Assembly: GCF_006345805.1 (NCBI RefSeq)
Contig: NC_043008.1
Span: 72,788,001 to 72,852,000 of the forward strand
Origin: Octopus sinensis
Lineage: Eukaryota
Length of the DNA: 64,000 nt
Reading direction: 5' to 3'
Part shown: positions 53,473-64,000 of the stretch, one piece after another
How the letters are laid out: the number at the start of each line of letters is the position of its first letter
Numbering within the stretch: the first letter of the stretch is position 1
Translations under genes and position numbers: made by a program
Notes under the pieces: model-generated
The model's input: the letters and a program-made list of their open reading frames with translations, nothing else
Told to the model about the DNA's origin: nothing
Databases searched by the model: none

Positions 53473-56400
53473 CTAGTAAATGCACCTGTCCTTTGGAGAG
53501 TGTAATTTATTATAATGGTTTAAGTGGATGATTTAAGTTGAATTAGCCTGCAGTTAGAAGTTGTTTCAAGTCGATAAGCATAAAATGTATAATTACCATT
53601 TTTGTTAGCAGTTTATGATATGGTATTAAGCAACTTAGGTAATGAATAAATTTTTTTGAACACAAATTTGGCAGTTAGTAACAAATGAAAGTCCATGAAA
53701 TGAGATCGCATTTGCAGTATATCTTACTTGAAGTGTTTTGTATCCTGTACTTATTTTTCTTGTAATGCCTGACACAACTGCATTGAAGCTTTTTTCAATG
53801 AAAGTCATGTATGATAAAGAAAAGCAAACATTTATAACAAACACACAAATAGAATAATGATATGTACAACAATAAATGTCAGAGTATGCTTATGAGCAAA
53901 CAGCATGCATGAAGTAAGAAGGGTCATTGAAGATAATGTACTGTTAACAGCAATCAGAGAACTGAAGCAAAATATCAATGAAATGCTTGTAGGAAGTCTG
54001 AATGCTAACAGCTACAGTTTGGCATACATCTGAAGATTGCAGTAGAGGAATAACTACTGTAGGGCTGCTTTGTAGACATTTTTGGTTTTTCCTTCAGGAG
54101 CATAGATGAATAAGTTCTGAAACAACCGATGTAGAACTGCCCATGTGAAAAGTTTGATGTTTGAAGGTCCAATCCGACAACTTTCAGCGACTGACATTGT
54201 GCTTTGTTAAGTGTCATAGCAAAGCTAAGTTTGAGAGGGAACTGAAGTCTCTGCATAGGGTAGAAGTTTGTTGGTGTTAGTGGAATTTTTGAAAGGAAAA
54301 CAGTATCATTTTTGCCATATCCCATGATAATTTGGACTTCAATGACATGGGCCATCATTTGTTTGACCACAACGTGAGTTCCATTGCATAGTGTGGGTGT
54401 ATTTAGATTATGTAGGAGGATGACAGGGCAGCTGACTATTAAGTGAAGTTAATAGGGAGAAAGTTCTGGAAGATCTTAGGAGTTGAGATATCCTGTTGGA
54501 AACCATGTAACCTGATCGAGGTTGGTAATGGTGTAAACTGCTCTCTGTAGCAACGTTCTTGAGAAGGTAGCTGACTGAGTAAGTTGTAGTTAAGAATGTC
54601 TGTAGTGTCATGAAGCCAATCAGGTTTTATATATTCTGTTGTAAGATTTGGGTAAATGGCAGATCATAAGTCATCAGGGCTGGAGATAGTGTGGCCAATG
54701 GTGGTCAATGTATCCATAGTTGTGGGACACAATTTGTTCATTGCTGATTTTAAGGAGTATTTCTGAAAACTGGGTTGTAGGCTGACAAGTCTGTATGAGT
54801 GACTTCATGTTGATGGTGAGTTGTTTTGATTGAACATGCGACCAAAGGTGTGAGATTTTTTAAGGCAGGCATTAAGTTCATCAGCAGGTGCTCCTTTGGG
54901 TATAAAAGGCAGAGTTTGTCGAAAATCTCCTGCAAGTACAGCTGCACTTCCAAGGATGTTGTTGTTCGATATAAGGTCTCTCATTGTGGTATGAAGTGCT
55001 TGTGGGGAACATTTATAGGCCATAGTTGCTTCATCCCAAACAATGAGTTTGCATTTCTTCAAAATTGTCTCTTTGTCTGATGAATTTATTATGTGGCATG
55101 TTGGATTTTCTTGACTTGCTACATTAAAAGGCAATTCGAAGGTAGAGTGTGCTGTTCATCAACCATTGGAAAGAGATGAAGCTATTCCTGAGGAGGCAAC
55201 AGTAATAGCAAGGTCATCACTATACCGCAACTTTACAAGAAGAAGATTCAGGAGGAATGTTTTTCCAGTTCCACTGGGTGCATCTAAGAAGACAATTCTG
55301 CCAGTGCATGTGTAGATGTTTCCAAGGACAAAATTGTATATGTCAGCTTGATCAGAATTCAGAAGGGGCTTATTGTCAGCAATGTACTGTTTGAGTTTGT
55401 GGATGCTGTAGGATGTTTCTCTGAGAATGAGGCAGTTGGGACAGGCATCTTCATTTCTGTCTGGAGTGTTGAGAGAATAAGCATCCAGTCATTGACTCCA
55501 ATTGCCATAACCAAGTCTTCCAAGAGAAGAAGCCCTCTGTTGTAAATGGCAGGGGTAGTGGGAGTGTCAATGCTACCTGTGATTTTGCGAATCTGCAGCA
55601 AAATGTTAAAGCACATTGAGTCTTTGTATTAATTCCAAAGTGAATATGCATCTGTCAAGCTGTAGAAAACCAGCATTATTGCAAAAAGGTGCTGGAGCTT
55701 GTGTGAAGAATGACACAGAGAGACCTCTTCAAGTGCATTATCATATTGATCATTTGTATCCAAAAGTCTCTGCGTGGAGCAGGCAATTTTGGAAGTGTCA
55801 CATAAGTGGTTGTCCACTGTGCAAAGGTCGTTGAAGGAGGTTGGTCCCTTACAGTAAGAGCCACAGATGGAAGCATTCGTAATTCAAGGGGTAGATGTGT
55901 CCAACTATGTTGCCTTTATACATGGCTGGATCCAACTGTGTAGACCATCTTTGTTTCCGAACTGATTCCATGTATAATAATGTAGCACTTCAGGGTACAA
56001 AATAGACTTTGCATAGGTGAAAGAAGGCTGTGAGAGTGGTCTTTCGTGGTGCAGCTGCTTCTTGAATGAGGTTGTCTTCTATGAAGTAAATTCACTGTCT
56101 ATTTTCCAAATGAGGGCTGAGACGAATCATAGGAAGGTATTGTTCATGAATTGGAAATCCTAAGGTTCTCCATATGGCTTCATTGGTGGATATGCAGCGT
56201 CCAGTTTCGAAAAGAGTCACTTCATCACTTGTAAAATCTGTTGATCGTGTAGATTTTATTTAAAAGCTGCTCTATTCAATCCTTTGGTAATGTACTTGCA
56301 TATATAACACCTGGATTTGACAGAATTACAGAATTCTAAGTTGATGTGTGCATGAAATGTTTTGCAGAGCATCTCGTTGTGGGGTACAACCACTGATTGT

Positions 56401-56702
56401 CAACCAAAAAAGTGTAGGGAGACAAATGTTAGGGAGACAATCAATTTCTGAATGTTACTCCCTTGTCCACAATAGTCACCATACATCAGAAATGGAGGTT
56501 TTTCTAACTCTTTCTCTAGAAGCCCCATTACTCCATATTACTCCAAAAGTGAAAATTCTAAAGAATATAGAACCACCTGTGGAACATAAGTGATGTATTT
56601 GTCATGCGTGAACGAAATCAGATGAAAATATTGATTTTACATGGCATCAACCTAATGGTTAGTTGCATACACACACACATGCACACATCTTATATATTAT
56701 AG
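53473..56702 (-). mobile_element. Decayed Helitron (Rep motif III + PIF1 helicase)
   Basis: Minus strand: INLEFCNSVKS..YICKYITKG, GRCISTNEAIWR, IVFLDAPSGTGKTFL, LIVWDEATM, LAGDFRQTLP, QFPLKLSFAMTLNKAQCQSL, SHGQFY; candidate CTAG 3' end at about 53473 and ctataatatataag 5' end at about 56702 (ends uncertain). Confidence 0.88.
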
Positions 56703-59700
56703 GTATATATATATATATATATATATAGATAGATAGATAGATATAACTTCAGATATAAGAAAAGTTTAATGTGTTTGTGTGTCTTTCTCTCTCTGTTAGA
56801 TTAAACAGAATGTAAGCAACTGGTGGCTGGAGTCTGGGTGAGAAATGGGAATGAAAAGTTATCCTGAAGTTGCTATGTGGAGTAGAGCTTCCAATCTTTC
56901 AGACATAGTCCTTCTTTGATGCAAAAATGATAAGACGAAAATAAGAGAAAGAAAGGAGAATTTTACATTTCTATGCCTGAGAAACTGGCCACAACTAATT
57001 GGGAAAATAAAACAATATACTCCATACTTAGACAAGAAGTTGTATGAAAGAGAAGATGAGACAAGATGAGAAAGAGCAAGAGAGAGAGAGCGAGTGAGTG
57101 TGAGAGAAAGAGAGAAAGAAAGAAATATAAAAAGACAGAGAAGTGGGAGAATGTGAGGTAGGAGAAGAATTGAGGTAAGAGAAGAATTGAATGATAAGAA
57201 TGAAGTTATCGAACTAAGAATAAGAAGTGTAAGAGTAGAAGTAAGAGAATTCTTTTACTGAATGCATTGGTGACATGGTTCTGAGTTTGAATAGAATCGA
57301 GGATTGGGAAAAGGTAAGAGATGTTATGTGGTCCAAGGAAAGAAATGGCAGCCACATAAGGCAGTTTGTTAAAGAGACATGACAAATAAACAAGTCTCTG
57401 ATAACAGAATTCAGAGGTTGTGTTGATAACATTCCTAGAGTGTGAGCATGTTGACTAAGATGACAGAGTATTTCTGTGTGAGGAAGAAATGGTTCATTTC
57501 CTCAGATTTGGAGTAGAAACAAGAGTTTACAGTTGAGATAGTCAAAGAACTGGATGGCAATGAATGCAAGATGGTAAGAGGTAAGAAATAAAAAAAATTG
57601 GAGACTATCAATAGCAGCAGAGATATTAAGTAAGATAACAACAGTAATGGAGATGGTAGTGGTAAATTCTAAAGAAGGGTGTAAAGAAGGAGTGTAAAGA
57701 AGGAGTGGATCATCTCTAAAATGTACTGTAGCATCTGATAGTCATTGATTTAACTACCAGAGTGAGCTTAATTTAGCAAATATGAAAGAACAATTTCATT
57801 ATTGCTATAGTAACATATTCTAGTTTAGTCAACAGAGTATGAGTGAACTGTTTTTTGGGGGGGATAAAAATTCTAGAATTGTTAAATATGTTGTCTCCCC
57901 AGGCACTTGAAGAACTTGTATTTAAGATTTTCATACAAAATAGATTTATGAAATGTTTGTGTCTTGTAACTCCATAGCAAAGGAATAGATTAATGACCCC
58001 TCTCCTTTATGTCTCTTCAAGATTCACATCATTATCAGTTGATTGTGAAAATATATATTTATTCTTTATCTGATACAATTCTCTCATTATATATTCCTGC
58101 ACAAATGAATCACTAAATAATTCAGGTTGTTTTGTAATTTATGTATTTATTTTTAGGTACTAAATACACTATGTGTAATCGTAAAAAACAAAACTAAACA
58201 ATAAATCATTCAATATGTAAATTAAATAGTGAATAGCTGAATATTCTTCAGTAATAGTAGACTATGTTTAAGCCTCCTATTGAAAGCATCTTACAATGTA
58301 ACTACTTGATCTCAAACTTATGAAGATGTCTGTGGCAATTGGCGACAGGAGATTAGTGAATAAGTTTACGGAGAAAATAGCTTCAAATCTGTTTAACAGC
58401 AGTGTTAACTGCTGCTGTTGCTGCTGCCTGTTGTCAATTCATTAGATGCTGCTTGTGTTCAACAAATAACTTCTAATGAGTCCATAGTGCTTGTTTTATG
58501 GCAGTGATGGCGACTTTTAAATAACATCAAAAGCCTCCTATGGACATAATTGAAATATGAAATTCTCATTGAATGTACATGTTCCGTTTCCTGTTAATGA
58601 CATTCAGTAAAGTGTCATTATTATTATTATTATCATTATTGTTATTATTATCGGGCATTTGATTTCATATTTCTCTTTCCTATTCAGCTTAAATGTTTCT
58701 TCTGTCTTTGGGAAATATTTAAACTGTGAGAAATTAGAGACTGGAGTGGTGAGCTGTGGTGGTTGGCATGAGACAGTGGTTTATTATAACAGAGTACATT
58801 ATATGAGAGAGCAACTTTCTTGTTAATCAATGTAATGGGTAAGTAGCAATTGTCTTGTTTGTATGTCCAATGATACATATTATTATATGTGATTTAAAAG
58901 CCACATGTTAACATGTTCAGTCTGCCACACTGCACCACATACAATTAACCATGAGTACATAAGAGAGCTTCTACATAGCTATCTGATCTAGAAATAACAG
59001 CTTAAATCACATCCAACTGAGTAGTGTCTGAACTATAAAGTCAAGAAAGCCACTGTTCGAATGTCTCTGATCATATAAGCCAGCTTAATTGGGGCTGGGG
59101 CTAAACTAAATGTACAGCCAGCTAAATAAAGGTTAACCACATCTTCATATGGCTTACTCCTTACTGTTTGATCAACTACCTAAGCAAATATCACTCACAT
59201 ATCATGTATATTAGATTAAAATGACTATTTTTCTTATATATAAATTTTTCCCATTGGGAGTGGGTCATAAGGTTGATGAGGGAAAATGTTTTGATTTCCT
59301 CATCTGGTTCCTTTATTTTAGCAATCCAAATTAATGATCGTTGGATGTGAACTCAGAGAAGTGAAACTGTGGCAAAAAAAAAAAAAATTATGATTGTAAG
59401 CCAACATCATAATTGTAATAATCAAAAGATAAATATTTTTTGAAATCCAAATTAAAATAATACTTATGCTTTGTTTTCTAATTAATGTTATTCTTATGAA
59501 AAACAAAAAACATTCTAACCAATGTTGACATAACCTGTATTCCCCGTGGGTAATCTCTATGTATTAATGACAGAGTATTGCTGATTGCTGAATTCAAATC
59601 CCAATAGAATTTGAAGATAGATGATGCTGGAATAGAAACAGTTATTTACAAGTTACTGCTTAAATTCCATACCTTATTGCTTACTAATATTTTTAAAATA

Positions 59701-60029
59701 TTTCAAAACATAGCAAAATTATCAACAATATAAAGCAACATCTTTCAAGTGATAAGCATTAAACTTGTGAACCAGATTTGAAAGTTCTACAGCAATAGCC
59801 TCTGCTTTACTCTTTGAATATTCTACTACAACAGCTTCTGCTTCACTGATATCATCATCTACTTCACATATTGCACCTGCATTGAGTTAATGTAATTGTC
59901 TATCAGTTACTAAAAGAACAACTACTTCCTCTTATGTCTTATGTCTATATACCACATTTTATTTCATTCAATGATCATAAACTCATCCAACTGGAGTACA
60001 AGAAACTCTCAAGTTTCTTTCACTTTGCC

Positions 60030-60445
60030 AAGGTGTGGCTCGTGGTAAGAAGTTAGCTTCCCAAGCAACCAAATGGTTCTAGGTTCAGTCCCACTGCATG
60101 ACACCTTGGGCAAGTGCCTTGTACTATAGCCTTAGGCAAATCAAAGCATTGCAAGTGGATTTGGTAGGTGGAAACTGAAAAAAGTTTGTTGCATGTATGT
60201 ATATATTTATCTATGTATGTATGTGTGTGTCTGTGTTTGTCCCCCACTACCACTTGATAACTGGTGTTGGTGTGTTTACATCCCAGTAACTTAGCAGTTT
60301 GGCAAAAGTGTCTGACAGACTAAATTCCAAGCTTTAAAATAATAAGTACTGGAGTTGATACATTAGATGAAAAAATTATTAAGGTGGTGCTCCACCATGG
60401 CCACAGTGCAATGACTGAAACAAGTAGGAGATAAAAGATGAAAGA
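60030..60445 (+). mobile_element. SINE family A (older)
   Basis: Colinear with the 47260 copy. Confidence 0.8.
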
Positions 60446-60535
60446 TACCTGCATGCATACACATACATAGTGAACTGTGCATTACTTGTGAGAATTATAA
60501 AAAAAAAAATTCAGTTTGGAATACCTGTGGCTGTG

Positions 60536-60770
60536 GAGGCACAATGGCCCAGTGGTTAGGGCAGCGGACTCATGGTCGGAGGATCGCAGTTTCAATTCCC
60601 AGACCGGGCGTTGTGTGTGTTTATTGAGCGAAAACAGCTAAAGCTCCATGAGGCTCTGGCAGGGGGGGGGGGCTGTTGTACTCTTTCGTCACAACTTCCT
60701 CTCTCTTCCTGTTTCTTGAGTAATGCTGCGATGGACTGGCATCCTGTCCAGCTGGGGGGAACAGCTGGCT
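60536..60770 (+). mobile_element. tRNA-derived SINE, family D
   Basis: tggcccagtgg A box and gtttcaattccc B box-like head. Confidence 0.7.
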
Positions 60771-61967
60771 AGGGTTTAAAAAGGGCAAAGAGAAAGAGAG
60801 ATACCTGTGGATGCTGTAGAGAAATAAATTATGTTGTATGTAGTGGAGTACAAGTACACATTTAGCTGAATTGCACAGAAATGATAGTTGGTTGGTATGG
60901 ATGTCCATTGAGAGGGATTTTACAAGGATAGATTACAACCTATGTGGGATGGGGGGGGGTTACATAAGAGTATGTTGCAGGGAAAATAAGAAAAGAGGGG
61001 CTAAGTCAAGACCTTCAAACTCAATAGTTGATTATTGCTTTATTTCATTGACTCAGAGGGGATAAAAAGCAAATATACTTAAACAGGATGTGAATCCATA
61101 GCAAAAATGTGTGGGAACAAACATTGCAAGCCATTTTGACCAACACTGATAATTCTTTCAGTCTACTGTCTTTAGTAGCTTTTTTTACTTTAGGCACAAA
61201 GTCAACAATTTTAAAGAGAAAGGGGTTAATTGATCAAAACTGACCTTAGTACTTCTCTGGTCCTTATTTCATTGATTTCAAAAAGATGAAAACCAAATTA
61301 GATCTTGATGGATTTGAACTCATCTTTATCATTGTTTTAACATCTACTTTTTCATGCTTACATGTGTTGGACAGAATTATTCTGTTGAGGCAGAATTTCT
61401 ATGGCCAGATGCCCTTCCTTTTGCCAATCCTCACTTGCTTCCCTTATGACCAGACATGTTTTTGCAGAAGGCAAGAAATGAAGGATGCTGCTTGCATGAT
61501 AGTGACACACGTTTACAACTATAGCATGATGTCAAGGTAAGGAGACAGTAACACATGCACATACACATACAACAGGCTTCTTTCAGTTTCCAGTCACATT
61601 GGTCAGCCTAAAACTATAGCAGAAGACATGTTTCCAAGGTGCCAATCAGTGGGATTGAACCCCCAAAGCCATGTGGTTGGGAAGCAATATCACACAGCCA
61701 CACATGAACACAGAATGTAAAAACCCAGAATAAGTACTCTGAGCAACTTATGTGACACAAATGATAATTGCCTCCAATTTAGGCACAAGGCTAGCAATTT
61801 TGAGGGGCGGGGTTAGTCAATACCCAAACCCCAGTATGTGACTGCTACTTTATATTACCAACCTCAAAAGGATAATATGTAATGTTGAGCTCAGCAAGAT
61901 TTGAGCACAGAACACAAAGAACCAAAGCAAATACTTCATAACATCATTTTCAATGTGCAAATGATTC

Positions 61968-62200
61968 TTATTTCTTTACTACCCACAAGGGGCTGCACAC
62001 AGAGGGTACAAACAAGGACAGACAAACGGATTAAGTTGATTACATCGACCCCAGTGTGCAGCTGGTACTTAATTTATCGACCCCGAAAGGATGAAAGGCA
62101 AAGTCAACCTCGGCGGAATTTAAACTCAGAATGTAGCAGCAGACAAAATACTGCTAAGCATTTCGCCCTGCGTGCTAACGTTTCTGCCAGCTCGGTGCCT
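61968..62200 (-). mobile_element. SINE family B (young)
   Basis: Reverse complement of the 38334 copy, including the ccccttgtggg end. Confidence 0.88.
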
Positions 62201-62792
62201 TCAATCAAAATGGTTCTGTAAATCCATCACTCTAACAATGATGCATGCAATTGAAAGATTTCTTGTGGTCATGTAAATACTGGAAACAATATGGGGTTGA
62301 AACCTGGACAACAGAGTTGTAGTAACCTAATCTTTTATTTAGCCTTAATCCTTCATAATCTCATTATATATTGAAGAGATTTGTTATCACTAAATCACAA
62401 GTCCTAGATCCATGAACATGAATTGTAAATAATTGTATCAGAATAATACCATTAATTTTTTCTGACAAAGAACACTCCATTGCTGGCCACTACCTCACAA
62501 AATGGAAATTTTAGTTTGGTTTGGTTTGGTAATAAATATGAGGTGCGGTGTCAATTTTTATGCATTGATCTGGCTATATTAAACACTTGTAGTTAAGATC
62601 CCAGTATCATAGAAGTCACTGGCAACTGGTTAGAAATGGTTTTGAACATTTTTAATTAATAAATGAGCTTTATTTAATACATAAATCATAATTTCCTCCA
62701 AGACTGACACTTGAATTAAAATGGGAAGAAACCATTTCCTAATTATTCTCCCTCTAACTATGGGATTCATTACAACTGTCCCCTCTTATTAC

Positions 62793-62950
62793 CTTGAATT
62801 CATATTTCAAAATGGCAGCCCTCCCACAGGATTTTGCAATGAACAGAAGATGGGAATTTGATTTACACCATTTCTGTAATCCTCCCCCACTCCACCGTTT
62901 TCTTTCCCCTCCTCTTTTTTTTCTGTTAGATGAGGATACAACGAACGAAC
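62793..62950 (-). other. Candidate exon
   Basis: Acceptor attctttcag| and donor AAG|gtaata; no recognisable protein. Confidence 0.3.
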
Positions 62951-63527
62951 CTGAAAGAATATCTATGCAGCACACGAGAGAAATAATTTTCTATAGAAAA
63001 TCTTCCACGCTGAAAAATTATCATTATCAACCCATTATCAAGAATGGAAAGTTACTTCCGGCCTGTGAGATGGATTAGATGTGGCTGGTCAATAGAATAA
63101 GGTTCATGTAAAGCATTGAAGAAAAGAAATGAAAGAGTGATTGATAGAAGAGAAGTGGTTTCAATCATTTGTCTGTTGTCATATCTTGCCATTACTCCTG
63201 TTTGAAGTTGAACAATAAAGACCTGATTAAAATCACAATGGTTATATAGATTCCCAGCACACACTGCTTTTCAAGATATTACTTGTGCCAGGATAGATAT
63301 GGACAGTTGCTATAATTAAGTATACTACTGTACAGTAATTGGACGCAGTAGAAGGCTTACGGCATTACAGCTTAACCTCCATAGAAACAGGGTCAATATT
63401 AAGAAAAGGGATCTCTATCTATAAAATAGCTGCAAAAGGCACATAGGTACACACACTCACACAGATATGTATACTGATGTAGAAACATATAAATCTATCA
63501 TTAAATATATAGCCCACACATATACAC

Positions 63528-63743
63528 CTGAATTATTAAATATATAATAATCATCCACATCATCATCGTTTTGATATTCAATTTTCCATGCAAGTATAGA
63601 AAAGGGGACATTAAAATGATGATGGGAATTCCTGTATGCTGATGAATTAACTCGTATAGAAATATTTGTAGAGGAATTGTAGCAAAAATTCCAGCCATGG
63701 AAATAGTCTTAAGGTTCTCCAATTCCATTTGAAAATGAAAGAC
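63528..63743 (-). other. Candidate exon (216 bp)
   Basis: Acceptor ttttactttcag| and donor CAG|gtgtat; phase-0 frame open and hydrophobic; no recognisable protein. Confidence 0.3.
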
Positions 63744-64000
63744 CTGAAAGTAAAATTTTAGGAAGGAAGGAAGAGGAAAATAGTTACGTTCCTTTTATAG
63801 AAAAGATGTTTGTACAAATTTTATATATTGTGTTCTGTGTAGACACAAACGGTGTAGTGGAATCACAGGTAGGATATCACAGAAGGTAGATTTCATATGC
63901 AGCACATGCATTAGGGCAGTAAGCACTAAGAGCACTCAGGAAATACATTCACTGAAACGTCCAGACACCTCTCTGGAAGTTGTTATTAGCTTTTGTTACC

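Noticed and set aside
63639-63672. CTGATGA...GAAA spacing (also 41265-41310 on the minus strand)
   Set aside because: No stem I or stem II pairing.

Overview
AT-rich, microsatellite-laden animal genomic DNA; the SINE repertoire and (TA)n/(CA)n density look cephalopod (Octopus-like, an inference). No intact host gene is visible, and most ORF-track entries are microsatellite artefacts. The window holds a degenerate CR1-group LINE (7.6-10.75 kb), a decayed mariner (35.2-36.4 kb), a Helitron (about 53.5-56.7 kb), RTE and R4/Dong-like fragments, hAT and piggyBac MITEs and many tRNA-derived SINEs. The standout is a set of six short inserts, unrelated to each other in sequence, each carrying a type-I minimal hammerhead ribozyme (HHR) fold. 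Five are inverted repeats or near-perfect palindromes (up to about 1.95 kb with a 1-nt spacer) with a one-sided tail, and five sit in (TA)n. One palindrome encodes the C-terminus of a Penelope-type GIY-YIG endonuclease, tying the set to Penelope-like elements (PLEs). The ribozymes include core variants (U3-A8 compensatory, U4C, one extra core nucleotide), and one is joined to a tRNA B-box-like head, suggesting a PLE-mobilised SINE. All folds were made by eye; activity is untested.
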